Shown here: piece by piece, positions 18,469-29,504 of the stretch
How positions within the stretch are numbered: the stretch's first letter is position 1
Layout of the letters: the number at the start of each line of letters is the position of its first letter
NCBI GenBank assembly: GCA_027320085.1
Contig: DAHVLZ010000036.1
Span: 1 to 64,000, forward strand
Origin: Pseudomonadota bacterium
GTDB taxonomy: Bacteria; Pseudomonadota; Gammaproteobacteria; JAKAQQ01
Direction: 5' to 3'
Length of the DNA stretch: 64,000 nucleotides
Notes under the pieces: generated by a model
Seen by the model: the letters and a program-made list of their open reading frames with translations, nothing else
Databases searched by the model: none
Told to the model about the DNA's origin: nothing
Position numbers and translations under genes: made by a program

Positions 18469-20937
18469 TCATCCGAAAAACGGGGGACGGGGACCTGGCC
18501 GGCGCCGCACCGGATGGCCCCCTTCGCCTTTCGGCTTCGGCCAGAGCAGCAAGACCGCGCACGGACGGCCCGGGGCGAACGGTTCCGGCAGGCCCTGGAG
18601 CCAAGCCGGAAACTCGTCCGTATAAAAAGGGGACGCCGGATTGCCGCTTTCCCCTCCGGGCAACTCGAACAGGCTCCGGTCCGGATGCCCGAGATCGACC
18701 ACCATCCGTTCGGAGGCTCCCAGGGCATGGGTTTGAACGCGGGGCATGTTGGAATCCCCCGGGATCTCGGTCGGCGGCAGATCGAGCAGCCAGGGACCGA
18801 TCACGGGGATTCCCCGGGCCAGGGGGTTTGCGATCACGATGCGGTTATGGCGACCCCAGGTGTCCTTCCGGAAACCCGTCCCAGTTTGCCAACGGAGCCG
18901 GATCAGCTGGTTGATCGCGTGAAGGAAAAAGGCCCGCCAGTCCGGATACCGGGGCGCGAGCAGCCAGCGCGGACGGGCGGTTGCGATCGCCCACACTGGA
19001 CCTTCAACCATGGCACCCAGGGGGTTTTTGAAGTGGGGATCGGCCTTCTCGGCCAACTGCAAAAAGGGCGCGAGAATCCCCTGTTTCACGATCTTCCGGA
19101 ACGTCCAGACGAGATCGTAGCCGACCGAGCCACGACAGGCACAGGCCTGCCAGTTTTGGACCGCTTTCCCAAGCGCGATCCGGCGGGGATGGTCCCGGAG
19201 CACCCCCGGAGTCAGGACCTGCATCAAAAGTCTCCGCCAATGCGCGAGAAAAATCGCCCGGTTATCGAGCTCGATCGCGAGCAGGTCCCGGGCCGTGATG
19301 GGTGGCTTGAGTGCCAGGAGATCGTTTTTGATCTGGCGGGCACGGGCTCCCAAGTCATAACCGCCATCCCCGATCAGGCGGAGTGCGTGCCCATCCACGA
19401 TCCTTTGGTTCGCGGTCCAGATGAAACCGTCCTTCGGATCGATGATGCGGGGATAGGCCTGGGGCGGGAGATAGCCCCGCCATTGGCACTGACCCTGCGC
19501 CCAAGATTGGGGCAGGGGGTTCCTGCAGTGACCGACCCGCCGGGGAATGGCTCCGGCCACGCTCCAGCCGATGTTTCCCCGCCGACCCGCCACCACAAAG
19601 TTTTGCTCCGGAATCCCGAGACGGTTGGCCGCATGGATGGCCTCAATCACCGTCCGCGAGGTCTCGAGCGCCCGCTCGGCATTGATGCGGTATCCCCGTG
19701 GATCCTCTCCCACCCAGCGGGAAACCAAAAGCGTTCCCCCGGGGGTCCGGCCGATCACGGGTCCCCAGATCGTGCGCCGTACCCCAATGGCGACCGGTTT
19801 CCCACCGCGGACCCGGATCCACCGCTTGACGAGGTGGATCCGGCGGGGACCCTGGGGTGTCTCGTAATCGGAGGGATGCCCCGGGACGGTCACCAGCCGG
19901 ATGAGATCGACCCAATCCCCCTCGGTATTGGTAAAGCCCCAGGCCACGTGGAAGTTGGTTCCGACCACCAGCGCCGGCACGCCCGGCAGCGTGACCCCCA
20001 AAAGCCGCACCTTTTGTCCCTCCGGGGCCCTGAAGCGGATTTCAGCCCGGTACCAGATCGTGGGGAGGGCCAAATGCAGGTGCATGTCGTTCGCGAGAAG
20101 GGCCGCATGCGAATGGGTGAAGCGGCCGGAGACGGCAAACCCGTTGCTGCCCGCGAGCTGTCGCCCAAGGCGGCCCCGGGCCTTGGGGCCCACCGCAAAG
20201 CGTCCCCGGGCGATCTTCCGCAGGTTGAAAATGGAAGGACCGGGAAGCTTGGGAAGCTTGAAAGGCGGGCCCTCGAGCGGGGCATCCCACCGATTGCCGG
20301 GGGAAGCGAGGAAACGGTAGAGCGCCCGCGGGAAAATCTTGCGCAGCACCGCCAGGTTTTCTGCACGCCGGTCATCCGGATCCTGGAGTTCGAGATACAT
20401 GGCGCCGATCACGAGGTAGCTGTCCCAAGGCCGCCACGGGCGGGGACGGACACCCAGGAGCGCATAAGCCAAGGGCCGGTGGGGCAGATCACGCAATCCC
20501 GCGTTGACGCCCCGGGTGAAGGCACGGAGTCGCCGACGCTCCGCACGCGGCGCCGCGGCGTAGGCCGCCCGGGCGACCGCTGCCAGGTCGAAGGGCGCAA
20601 CCCGTCGGTCGACCGCGAGTGTGGCCGGGCCGAAGAGTGCGGAGAGTCTCCCGGCGGCTGCCCGTCTCATGAGGTCCATCTCGAAAAACCGGTCCTGGGC
20701 CTGGATGAAACCCAGGGCCTCGTAGGCGTCATCGGCATCGCGGGCATGGATGGTCGGCGTGTCCATGCGATCCCGGTCAATCCGGACCGGGTGGGTGAGC
20801 CCGGGCAGTTCCAGGACACCGGACAGACGGGCCGGGCTTCCGGTCCAGGCCGCCTCGAAGCTCACGGCCAGCCCCAGGATCCCCACCAAGATCCCGCTCC
20901 CGATCCCACAGGCAAAACGTAGCCCTGGCCTGGTCAT
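18469..20937 (-). CDS. Penicillin acylase family Ntn-hydrolase (peptidase S45)
   Basis: GFIQAQDRFFEMDL, G/SNGFAVSG catalytic Ser, LLANDMHL, WTANQR, PGGESG. Confidence 0.9.
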   Translation of the reverse strand: MTRPGLRFACGIGSGILVGILGLAVSFEAAWTGSPARLSGVLELPGLTHPVRIDRDRMDTPTIHARDADDAYEALGFIQAQDRFFEMDLMRRAAAGRLSALFGPATLAVDRRVAPFDLAAVARAAYAAAPRAERRRLRAFTRGVNAGLRDLPHRPLAYALLGVRPRPWRPWDSYLVIGAMYLELQDPDDRRAENLAVLRKIFPRALYRFLASPGNRWDAPLEGPPFKLPKLPGPSIFNLRKIARGRFAVGPKARGRLGRQLAGSNGFAVSGRFTHSHAALLANDMHLHLALPTIWYRAEIRFRAPEGQKVRLLGVTLPGVPALVVGTNFHVAWGFTNTEGDWVDLIRLVTVPGHPSDYETPQGPRRIHLVKRWIRVRGGKPVAIGVRRTIWGPVIGRTPGGTLLVSRWVGEDPRGYRINAERALETSRTVIEAIHAANRLGIPEQNFVVAGRRGNIGWSVAGAIPRRVGHCRNPLPQSWAQGQCQWRGYLPPQAYPRIIDPKDGFIWTANQRIVDGHALRLIGDGGYDLGARARQIKNDLLALKPPITARDLLAIELDNRAIFLAHWRRLLMQVLTPGVLRDHPRRIALGKAVQNWQACACRGSVGYDLVWTFRKIVKQGILAPFLQLAEKADPHFKNPLGAMVEGPVWAIATARPRWLLAPRYPDWRAFFLHAINQLIRLRWQTGTGFRKDTWGRHNRIVIANPLARGIPVIGPWLLDLPPTEIPGDSNMPRVQTHALGASERMVVDLGHPDRSLFELPGGESGNPASPFYTDEFPAWLQGLPEPFAPGRPCAVLLLWPKPKGEGGHPVRRRPGPRPPFFG

Positions 20938-21076
20938 GTGATGCTCCGCCGCTCCCGGGTAGAATGTGAGTGAAGCCTTCCCGGACCTGATGCCCTTGCG
21001 ATCGGCCCATATCGACCGACGGGGAGGCTGCTGATATTTTAGTCTAGCCGATCACCGATCGGATCACGGAGGCGGC

Positions 21077-21682
21077 ATGATCCATCTCTATACGGCCCCC
21101 ACCGGAAACGGTATGAAGCCCCTGATCCTCCTCGAGGAGCTCGGCCTGCCCTACACCCTGATACCGGTTGACCTCAAGCGGGGTGAACAGAAGGAAACCG
21201 CCCTTTCCAAGCTCAACCCGGCACAGCACATCCCCGTGATCCAGGACGACAGCAACGATCTCGTCCTCGCCGAGTCCGGCGCGATCCTCCTGTACCTCGT
21301 GGAGAAAACGCGCCGGCTCCTTCCGGCTGATCCCCGTGACCGGGCGCTCACCTACCACTGGTTTTTCGCCCAGATCACAAACGTTGACCCCCGTGGGATG
21401 GCGCTCGCCACGCTCGAACAGTTGGGAGATCCCTGTCCCGAACTTGCCCAACGCCATGTCCAGGAGATCCGCGGCTTCTGGCAGCGCGCCAGCGCAGCCC
21501 TCGCGCAATCCGCCTACCTCGCAGGGTCCTACAGCATCGCGGACATCGTCTCCTACGCCTTCGTTCGTCGGCACGGAGGGCGGTTTGGATTTGAGGACTT
21601 CCCGGCGCTCGTCCATTGGTCGGAGCGGATCGGTGCCCGACCGGCCGTCCAGGCCGCCTACGGGAAATTTCCCTCCTCGTGA
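21077..21682 (+). CDS. Glutathione S-transferase family protein (YfcG/Ure2-like)
   Basis: YTAPTGNG, LNP..IP, ESGAILLYL, YSIADI. Confidence 0.9.
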   Translation: MIHLYTAPTGNGMKPLILLEELGLPYTLIPVDLKRGEQKETALSKLNPAQHIPVIQDDSNDLVLAESGAILLYLVEKTRRLLPADPRDRALTYHWFFAQITNVDPRGMALATLEQLGDPCPELAQRHVQEIRGFWQRASAALAQSAYLAGSYSIADIVSYAFVRRHGGRFGFEDFPALVHWSERIGARPAVQAAYGKFPSS

Positions 21683-22632
21683 AGCGCACCCCCCACGCCC
21701 AGGATCCCATCGGTATTTTCGACTCCGGCGTCGGCGGACTCACCGTCCTGGATGCCCTTCGCCGGCTCCTGCCCGAGGAACGCTACCTCTACCTCGGGGA
21801 TACCGCCCATCTACCGTATGGCACGAAGAGCCCGCACCGGGTCGGGGAGGAGGCTCTCCAGGCGGCCGGTTTTCTCGTGGAGCACGGGATCAAGCTGCTC
21901 GTCGTGGCCTGCAATACCGCAACCGCCCTGGCCCTCGACCGGATCGAAGAAACCTTCGCCCCGCTCCCGACCCTCGGTGTGATTGAGCCCGGCGCCCACG
22001 AAGCCGTCCGGAACAGCCGGACCGGGACGATCGGGCTCCTCGCCACCGAGGCCACGATCCGCTCCGGCGCCTATCCGGCCGCCTTGGCCTCCCTCAGGCC
22101 CACGGTCCGCTGCAGTGCCCAGGCCGCACCGATCCTCGTGGCGCTGGCGGAGGAAGGCTGGTTCACGGGAACCGAGACGGAAGGCATCCTACGCCGTTAT
22201 CTCGCTCCGCTCTTCACAGCTCAGTCCGAAACGCCCGACTGCCTACTTCTCGGCTGCACCCACTTTCCGCCCTTCCGTCCACTGCTCGGCCGTCTCGTAC
22301 CCCGCGGCACTGCGATCGTGGATTCGGCCCAAACGACGGCGGCGGCCGTAGTCCGCACCCTGAGGCAACGGGATCTTCTGGCGACTCGAGTGGAGGGAAG
22401 CCCCGAACTGCTGCCGGAACCCCAGTACTACGTGACCGACAACCCCGAGCGTTTCCTGCGCATTGCCCCCCACTTCCTGTCACCGGCGCCGGATGCGGTT
22501 TTTCTGATTTCCGAGCTGGGGACCGGGTCAGGGAGTCTCACGCCGACGCGCGTGGTCCATCCAGGCCACCCCGAGTCCCGCAACCACGAAGGCCAAAAGG
22601 ATTCCCAGGCTCCAAGCGATGGAGCGGCCTGA
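21679..22632 (+). CDS. murI: Glutamate racemase
   Basis: IGIFDSGVGGLTV, VACNTA, LGCTHF; GTG start overlaps the GST stop. Confidence 0.95.
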   Translation: MKRTPHAQDPIGIFDSGVGGLTVLDALRRLLPEERYLYLGDTAHLPYGTKSPHRVGEEALQAAGFLVEHGIKLLVVACNTATALALDRIEETFAPLPTLGVIEPGAHEAVRNSRTGTIGLLATEATIRSGAYPAALASLRPTVRCSAQAAPILVALAEEGWFTGTETEGILRRYLAPLFTAQSETPDCLLLGCTHFPPFRPLLGRLVPRGTAIVDSAQTTAAAVVRTLRQRDLLATRVEGSPELLPEPQYYVTDNPERFLRIAPHFLSPAPDAVFLISELGTGSGSLTPTRVVHPGHPESRNHEGQKDSQAPSDGAA

Positions 22633-23070
22633 AAAGCGGTCGAGCCTGAGGTCCATTTCCAAAAGCTGGATGGCGGCCACGGCCAGGATTGAAGAGAAGA
22701 GTTTGAGCTTGAGCCCACCCTCGTCCCCACGTCCGAGTCCGCGCGGCCAGCCGGAGGGATCTGGGCCCCGTCGGGAAACCACGAGACTCCCGAAGCTGCT
22801 CAGGGCAACGGTGATGACCAGGTTGGCCATGAGCGTGAGTTCAACCAGGTGCAGGACCCAGAGCAGGAGGCTTGTGGGATCCGCCGCTGACAAGGAGACC
22901 CCCAGACCCTGCCAGAGTGTCCACAGAAAGAGGATCAGAAGCCAGACGATGGCGAGAAGGAGTCCCCCATAGAAGGGAACCAAAAACCATCGCCCGGCCA
23001 CAAGGACCGCCTCGATGAGTCTCGACGGCTGACCTGCCGACCCGTCTATGGCCGGCCTGTCCTCGATCAA
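22528..23070 (-). CDS. YqhA/UPF0114-family membrane protein
   Basis: RWFLVPFY, LVELTLMANL, LKLKL..SI.A; four TM segments. Confidence 0.75.
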   Translation of the reverse strand: MIEDRPAIDGSAGQPSRLIEAVLVAGRWFLVPFYGGLLLAIVWLLILFLWTLWQGLGVSLSAADPTSLLLWVLHLVELTLMANLVITVALSSFGSLVVSRRGPDPSGWPRGLGRGDEGGLKLKLFSSILAVAAIQLLEMDLRLDRFSGRSIAWSLGILLAFVVAGLGVAWMDHARRRETP

Positions 23071-23080
23071 ACGCCCGGCC

Positions 23081-23467
23081 TCATCCCGGCTTGGGCGGAG
23101 CGATGGGCTTCTGCGCCAGGACCCAGCTCGCCATGGCCTTGGCCTGCGCCAAGGTCAGGGTGGGGTGGGGTGGCATGGCAATCCCGCCGGTCCACGGGTT
23201 CCACTCCCCCGCACCGCCGGAAATGATCTTGTGGGCGAGTTTGGTCACCGCTCCCTTCTGGTGGGCGAAGCGGTAGGCGACCCAGGCGAAGGCGGGCCCC
23301 ACGATTTTCATGTCGACCGCATGACAGGCGAAACAGCCCTGGGTGTTCATGAGGGACTTGATCGCGGGATTGGGCGCAGCCGCCGCGTGGGCCATGGCCG
23401 GGGCCAAGCCCGCCACGAGAAGCAGGATCCCGATCCACTGTCCAAGCCGCTGGGTGATCGCTTTCAT
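23081..23467 (-). CDS. Class I cytochrome c (c551/c552-like)
   Basis: Signal peptide, CFACH, KIVGPAF, MPPH axial Met. Confidence 0.92.
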   Translation of the reverse strand: MKAITQRLGQWIGILLLVAGLAPAMAHAAAAPNPAIKSLMNTQGCFACHAVDMKIVGPAFAWVAYRFAHQKGAVTKLAHKIISGGAGEWNPWTGGIAMPPHPTLTLAQAKAMASWVLAQKPIAPPKPG

Positions 23468-23540
23468 CGCTATCTCTCCTTCCAAATATCAAATACGAAT
23501 GGGACCCCGTATTTTAGCACTTCTCCTCTCCCGGCAGGGG

Positions 23541-24977
23541 TCAGCGCGGCACTTCAACCACCTTGAGCAGGTTGGTCGTTCCAGCCACCCCTTCGGAGTC
23601 CCCCTTCGTAAACAGGACGAAGTCCCCCGGTCCCACAGCCCCCACGGACCGGAGCGTCGCAACCGCCTCGTCGAGCACATGGTCGGGATTGGCATGCAAC
23701 ACATCAAAGGCGACAGGGTAAACCCCCCGCAACAGGGTAACCCGTCGCCGGGTGCCCTCGTGGCGCGTCAAGGCGTAGATGGGGATCGCGGAACGTGGAC
23801 GGGATGCCAGGTGGGGGGTGGTTCCCGATTCCGTCAGGGTGGCCACCGCCCGGATCGGGAAGCGGTTGGCCACATGGATCGCGGCCATGGCAATCAGTTC
23901 ATTGACGGACTCGTAGTGTCCATCGGCGCTCACGGGTTCCAGGCTAACCTGGGTCATGACGTCCTTTTCGGCCCCGAGACAGATCCGGGCCATGGCCTCG
24001 ACCGCACGGACCGGGTAATGTCCCACCGCGCTCTCGGCCGACAGCATGACCGCATCGGTCCCGTCCAGAACCGCGTTGGCGACGTCCAAAACTTCAGCCC
24101 GTGTGGGCACCGGGCTCAACACCATGGATTCCATCATCTGCGTAGCCGTGATGACGACACTGCGCGCCTCCTGGGCGAGCCGGATCAGCCGTTTCTGTAC
24201 ACCCGCGAGCTCCCAGTCCCCGATCTCGATCGCGAGATCCCCCCGGGCAACCATGATGGCATCGGACTCCTCGAGAATGCTTTTGATGTTGGAAACGGCT
24301 TCGCTGCGCTCGATCTTGGCGACCACGAGCCCGCGTCCACCGGCCTTCTCAAGCAACCCGCGGGCACGGGCGATATCCTCGGCATCGCGGGGAAACGACA
24401 CGGCCAGGTAGTCAACGCCCAGTCCCGCAGCCACCGTGATGTCGTGACGATCCTTGTCGGTGAGGGCATCGGCGGACAATCCCCCGCCCTCCCGGTTGAT
24501 GCCTTTGAGATCGGACAAAACCCCGCCGGTCTCGACCCGACAGTGGATCGCGGTACCCACTACCGATTCGACCCGGAACGCAATCTGGCCGTCGGCCAAA
24601 AGCAGACGGTCCCCGGCTGAAACATCCCCCGGCAGCCGCGCGTAGCTCACACCGACCCGTTCGTGGTTCCCGTCCTCTTCCGGACACGTGGGATCGATGA
24701 TGAAGGGGTCCCCACTCCGGAGTTGCACGGGCCCATCCCGGAAACGTCCGATCCGGATCTTGGGACCCGCGAGGTCGCCGAGCAGCCCCACTTCCATCTG
24801 ACATTCCTCCGCCACCCGGCGGATGCGGTGCGCCCACTCCGTGAGCGTGGCCGTGCTGCCGTGCGAGAAGTTCAAGCGGAACAGGTCAACGCCCGCCCGG
24901 ACCAGCGCGGTCAGTGTCTCTTGGTCGGCACTGGCCGGACCGACCGTGGCGATGATCTTCGTGCGGCGTCGGATCAT
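23541..24977 (-). CDS. pyk: Pyruvate kinase
   Basis: RRTKIIATVGP, RLNFSHG, AKIER, MVARGDL, ATQMMESM. Confidence 0.96.
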   Translation of the reverse strand: MIRRRTKIIATVGPASADQETLTALVRAGVDLFRLNFSHGSTATLTEWAHRIRRVAEECQMEVGLLGDLAGPKIRIGRFRDGPVQLRSGDPFIIDPTCPEEDGNHERVGVSYARLPGDVSAGDRLLLADGQIAFRVESVVGTAIHCRVETGGVLSDLKGINREGGGLSADALTDKDRHDITVAAGLGVDYLAVSFPRDAEDIARARGLLEKAGGRGLVVAKIERSEAVSNIKSILEESDAIMVARGDLAIEIGDWELAGVQKRLIRLAQEARSVVITATQMMESMVLSPVPTRAEVLDVANAVLDGTDAVMLSAESAVGHYPVRAVEAMARICLGAEKDVMTQVSLEPVSADGHYESVNELIAMAAIHVANRFPIRAVATLTESGTTPHLASRPRSAIPIYALTRHEGTRRRVTLLRGVYPVAFDVLHANPDHVLDEAVATLRSVGAVGPGDFVLFTKGDSEGVAGTTNLLKVVEVPR

Positions 24978-26158
24978 GCCCCCGCTCCCCGTTCCTCAAG
25001 AGCCTCCAGTGCCGGCAAGCGCCGCCCTTCGATGAACTCGATGAAGGCCCCCCCCGCCGTCGAACAGTAGGACACCCGGTCCGCCAGATGCCAGCGGTCG
25101 AGGGCCGCCAGGCTGTCGCCCCCACCGACCACCGTATAGGCACCCCCCTGGACCATGGCCTGGGCGATCGCCTCGGTGCCTTGTGCAAACTGGTCATATT
25201 CGAAAACACCGACCGGGCCGTTCCAGAGCAGGGTCCGCGCCCGGGTGAGGAGTGTCCGGTAGCGGGCAATCGTCAAGGGACCGATGTCGAAAATCCACTC
25301 GTCCGCAGCCACCTTCTCGATCGGACGGACATCGGCCTCCGAGGTAGCCATCGGCAGGTGCCCGACGACGACATCGACCGGCATCGGGATCTCCTTGCCC
25401 CGCGCACTGGCCACAGCCAGGAAGTTGCGGGCCACATCAGCCGCCTCGCGTTCGCAAAGCGACTGGCCCACGGAAAATCCCTGGGCGTAGAGGAGGGTGT
25501 TCAGGATTCCGCCACCCAGAATGAGTCCGTCGACCCGATCCAGGAGCGCGTTCAGGAGCTCGATCTTGGTCGAGACCTTGGCTCCACCGATGACGGCCAC
25601 GAGTGGCCGTTCGGGGGACTCGATGATGCGCGTCAGGGCGTCGACCTCGCGCAGGAGAAGTGGTCCGGCACACGCTTCGGGAGCCTTGCGGATAACCCCA
25701 TGGGTTGAAGCCTCGGCCCGATGCGCCGTGGCGAATGCATCCATCACGAAAATCTCGCAGAGTCCTGAGAGGCGGGAGGCGAGTTCCGGGTCGTCCTCAC
25801 GCTCCCCGGGCAGGAAACGCACGTTTTCATGAAGGACCAGCTCGCCTGGTGCCGGAGGCGGGCTGGACCAGACAGAATCGCTCCAAGGCAGGAGGGGGAC
25901 CGGTCGGCCGAGGGCCTGTGACAGGTATTCGGCCACGGGTCCAAGGGAGAGGTCCGGATCCGGGCATCCCGGGTCCGGACGGCCCAGGTGGGAGAGCAGC
26001 CTCAGACGGGCACCGGCTCGAAGTGCATCACGGATCGTTGTGAGCGCCGCGTCAATCCGCCGGGCATTCGTGATACGCCGCCCGTCCATCGGAACATTGA
26101 GGTCTTCCCGCAGGAGGACCACGCGTCCTCCGAGCTCAAAATCCGTCATCCGTTGCAT
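24974..26158 (-). CDS. pgk: Phosphoglycerate kinase
   Basis: REDLNVP, SHLGRP, DAFATAHR, GGAKVSTK, WNGPVGVFE. Confidence 0.96.
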   Translation of the reverse strand: MQRMTDFELGGRVVLLREDLNVPMDGRRITNARRIDAALTTIRDALRAGARLRLLSHLGRPDPGCPDPDLSLGPVAEYLSQALGRPVPLLPWSDSVWSSPPPAPGELVLHENVRFLPGEREDDPELASRLSGLCEIFVMDAFATAHRAEASTHGVIRKAPEACAGPLLLREVDALTRIIESPERPLVAVIGGAKVSTKIELLNALLDRVDGLILGGGILNTLLYAQGFSVGQSLCEREAADVARNFLAVASARGKEIPMPVDVVVGHLPMATSEADVRPIEKVAADEWIFDIGPLTIARYRTLLTRARTLLWNGPVGVFEYDQFAQGTEAIAQAMVQGGAYTVVGGGDSLAALDRWHLADRVSYCSTAGGAFIEFIEGRRLPALEALEERGAGA

Positions 26159-26159
26159 T

Positions 26160-27179
26160 TCACGTCCCGCTGGAAGCGAGCATGGCGGAGGCGGTATCGA
26201 GCATCCGGTTGGAGAATCCCCACTCGTTGTCATACCAGCCGAGGACCTTGACCAGCCGCCCCTTGACCCGGGTCAGGCCGGCATCGTAGGTCGAGGAGAC
26301 CGGATCGTGATTGAAATCGATCGAGACCAAAGGTTTGTCGTTTACGGCCAGGATACCCTTGAGTTCCCCGTCAGCGGCTTCCCGCATGAGCCGGTCAATT
26401 TCCCCGACCGTGGTTTCCCGCGCCATCCAGACTGTGAAGTCGACGATCGACACATTGGCGGTGGGGACCCGGATGGCAAAACCGTCCAGGCGGCCCGAGA
26501 GTTCCGGGATCACCTGCCCGATGGCGGCAGCCGCCCCGCTCTTGGTCGGAATCATGGATAGAAAAGCCGATCGCGCCCGTCTCAAATCCGTGTGATAGAC
26601 ATCGAGCAGGACCTGATCGTTCGTCGCGGCATGGACCGTGTTCATGAAGCCCTGCTCAATACCGATGCCGCGGTGCAGGACATGGGCCAGCGGGGCCAAG
26701 CAGTTCGTCGTGCAGGACGCGTTGGAGACGATCGGGTCGGAGGCTTTGAGGATGACGTGGTTCACACCGTAGACGATGGTCGGCAGATCCTCCCCGGCCG
26801 GGGCAGATATCAACACCTTGCCGGCTCCTGCCTTGAGGTGGCTTTCCGACTTTGCCCTCGACGCGAAGTGCCCGGTACATTCGAGAACGAGATCAATGCC
26901 GAGATCCCGCCAAGGGAGTCGGGTCGGATCCCGCTCACACACGACCCGCAAGCGGTCCCGATGGTTGATGACGAGATTTTCCCCGTCGACCTCGATGGTG
27001 CCGGGAAAGCGCCCGTGTACGGAGTCATGCTGGGCGAGATGGGCGTTGATCCCGGCGTTCCCGAGATCATTGAGTGCCACGATCGAGAAGCGCTGGGCAA
27101 AACGCGGATCCTCGTAAAAGGCGCGCAGAATATTGCGGCCGATCCGTCCGAACCCGTTGATGGCAACCCGTGCTGTCAT
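26160..27179 (-). CDS. gap: Type I glyceraldehyde-3-phosphate dehydrogenase
   Basis: [26 protein letters not shown]. Confidence 0.95.
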   Translation of the reverse strand: MTARVAINGFGRIGRNILRAFYEDPRFAQRFSIVALNDLGNAGINAHLAQHDSVHGRFPGTIEVDGENLVINHRDRLRVVCERDPTRLPWRDLGIDLVLECTGHFASRAKSESHLKAGAGKVLISAPAGEDLPTIVYGVNHVILKASDPIVSNASCTTNCLAPLAHVLHRGIGIEQGFMNTVHAATNDQVLLDVYHTDLRRARSAFLSMIPTKSGAAAAIGQVIPELSGRLDGFAIRVPTANVSIVDFTVWMARETTVGEIDRLMREAADGELKGILAVNDKPLVSIDFNHDPVSSTYDAGLTRVKGRLVKVLGWYDNEWGFSNRMLDTASAMLASSGT

Positions 27180-27218
27180 TTCATATCCCCCTTTTGGAAT
27201 CCTGGATGCCGATGGCGT

Positions 27219-29222
27219 TCAAGCGTGCCCGAAGAGTTCCTGCGCTCGGGCCACCACCGCCTCAACCGTGAAACCGAGCGCACCGTAGACCGCGTCACCG
27301 GGTCCGGACAGGCCAAAGCGGTCGATGCCGAGCACGCTGCCTCGACTGCCGACGAAGTGGTACCAGGGAGCGGTCGCCCCGGCCTCGATGACCAACCGCC
27401 GGTCGAGCGCACGAGGCAGGACAGATTCACGGTAAGCCGGATCCTGGGCCTCGAAGACCTCAACCGAAGGCATTGAAACCACGCGGGCCGCGAGACCAAG
27501 CGCAGCAAGCTTTCGGGAGGCGGCAACGGCCAGGGCCACCTCCGAGCCGGTCGCGATGAGCACGAGTTCAGGTGGGGTTTTCGGCTCGGCAAGGATATAG
27601 CCACCCCGGGCAATGTCCGCTTCGCGGTCAGGGGTTCGCTCCAAAAGGGGCAACCCCTGCCGAGTCAGGACGATCAGCGTCGGATGCCCGGTTTCTTCGA
27701 GCGCTGCTCGCCAGGCGTATACCGTCTCCACGGCATCGGCGGGGCGCCAGAGAGCGAGCCCCGGGATCAACCGCAGGCTCGCGAGATGCTCGATCGGTTG
27801 ATGGGTTGGCCCGTCTTCACCGAGCGCGATCGAATCATGGCTGAGAAGCAGGATCGTGGGGATCTGCATGAGCGCGGCCAGGCGGATGGCGTTCCGCGCA
27901 TAGTCGGAGAACACGAGGAAGGTGGCGCCAAAAGGCCTCAAGCCGCCGTGCAGCGTCACTCCGTTGAGCATGGCGGTCATGCCGAACTCACGGACTCCCC
28001 AGTGGAGGTAGTTGCCATCCGGATGTGCCCGATCCAGTACCCGTGCACCCGGCCAGAGTGTCCCGTTCGATTCACTGAGGTCGGCCGATCCGCCCAGCAG
28101 CTCGGGGAGACGGGGTGCCATGGTTTCGAGCACCTGGAGCGAAGCCTTTCGGGTCGCAAGTTTCGCAGGGCCTCTCCGGGCGGATCGGATCGACTCCCCA
28201 AAATCGGTCTCAAGTCCGTCCGGCAGCTGCCGGGCGACCCGGCGTTCGAACTCCCGGGCAAGTGCGGGTGTCTCGTGCTGGCACTTCTCGAAGCGTTCCT
28301 GCCACTCGGCCTCCCACTTTGCACCTTGGGCACGGTGGTCATAGGCGGCGTAAATATCCTTCGGAATCACGAAGGGTGGATCTTTCCACCCGAGCGCAAG
28401 ACGCGCCTTGGCCACCTCCTCCGCTCCGAGCGCTGAACCATGAGCCTCGGCCGTGCCAGCCTTGTTGGGCGCTCCAAAACCGATGACCGTCCGGCAAGGA
28501 ATCAGACTGGGACGATCCCGCACGCTGCGGGCCTCCTCGGTCGCGGAGCGTATGGCATCCGCGGAATGCCCATCAATGGTCGGGGTGACATGCCAGCCGT
28601 AGGCCCGGAAACGGGCCGGAGTGTCGTCACGAAACCAGCCATCGACCCCACCGTCGATGGAAATCCCGTTGTCGTCATAGAAAACAATGAGGCGGCCAAG
28701 GCCGAGCGTGCCGGCCAGCGAGGCCGCTTCATGCGAGATCCCTTCCATGAGACAGCCATCGCCGGCGAAAACGTAGGTCCAGTGGTCGACGAGCCGGCAA
28801 CCGGGCCGGTTGAACTCGAGGGCGAGACGCTTTTCGGCGAGGGCCATGCCGACGCCCATGGCCAACCCCTGGCCCAGGGGCCCGGTCGTGGCTTCCACTC
28901 CCGGGGTCAGACCATACTCGGGATGCCCGGGCGTTTTCGAATGCAGCTGACGGAACTGCTTCAGGTCTTCAATACTGAGATCGTAACCACTCAGATGAAG
29001 CAGGGCATACTGGAGCATGGCTCCATGGCCGTTCGACAGCAGGAAGCGGTCCCGGTTGGGCCAATGCGGATTTTGGGGGTTATGCCGCAGGAAGTCGTTC
29101 CACAAGACCTCCGCGATGTCGGCCATGCCCATGGGCATGCCGGGATGCCCCGACTGGGCCCGTTCGACGGCATCCATGGCCAGTGCACGGATCGCGTTGG
29201 CAAGTTCCCGTCTGGTGCGCAT
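27219..29222 (-). CDS. tkt: Transketolase
   Basis: [33 protein letters not shown]. Confidence 0.96.
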   Translation of the reverse strand: MRTRRELANAIRALAMDAVERAQSGHPGMPMGMADIAEVLWNDFLRHNPQNPHWPNRDRFLLSNGHGAMLQYALLHLSGYDLSIEDLKQFRQLHSKTPGHPEYGLTPGVEATTGPLGQGLAMGVGMALAEKRLALEFNRPGCRLVDHWTYVFAGDGCLMEGISHEAASLAGTLGLGRLIVFYDDNGISIDGGVDGWFRDDTPARFRAYGWHVTPTIDGHSADAIRSATEEARSVRDRPSLIPCRTVIGFGAPNKAGTAEAHGSALGAEEVAKARLALGWKDPPFVIPKDIYAAYDHRAQGAKWEAEWQERFEKCQHETPALAREFERRVARQLPDGLETDFGESIRSARRGPAKLATRKASLQVLETMAPRLPELLGGSADLSESNGTLWPGARVLDRAHPDGNYLHWGVREFGMTAMLNGVTLHGGLRPFGATFLVFSDYARNAIRLAALMQIPTILLLSHDSIALGEDGPTHQPIEHLASLRLIPGLALWRPADAVETVYAWRAALEETGHPTLIVLTRQGLPLLERTPDREADIARGGYILAEPKTPPELVLIATGSEVALAVAASRKLAALGLAARVVSMPSVEVFEAQDPAYRESVLPRALDRRLVIEAGATAPWYHFVGSRGSVLGIDRFGLSGPGDAVYGALGFTVEAVVARAQELFGHA

Positions 29223-29438
29223 CGGCCCTGTAATGGCTGGAGAGGGGATCTGGACCCGGGGAACGGAATTTGCGGCGTTCACCCGTAGGCCTACATTTTG
29301 CTACAAAGGGCGTTTTGGGGCAACCCAACTGGAGGGGGCACACGACTGGAGGCCAACCGAAATGACCACCATTTCATGGGCCTCGCTTGGGAAACCTAGC
29401 TGAGTGTCTGTTCTCCGGCAAATGGAAAGCTCAGCAAG

Positions 29439-29476
29439 ACTCCCGATCCCGACCGCATACGCTCGGGATCGGGAGT
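29439..29476. repeat. Perfect 14-bp inverted repeat (hairpin)
   Basis: ACTCCCGATCCCGA-N10-TCGGGATCGGGAGT; no U-tract on either strand. Confidence 0.7.
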
Positions 29477-29504
29477 TGCCCAGCAAACGAATGGATTTCC
29501 GTTT

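Noticed and set aside
18451-20922. 823-aa plus-strand ORF
   Set aside because: Antisense shadow of the penicillin acylase gene in high-GC DNA; no recognisable motifs
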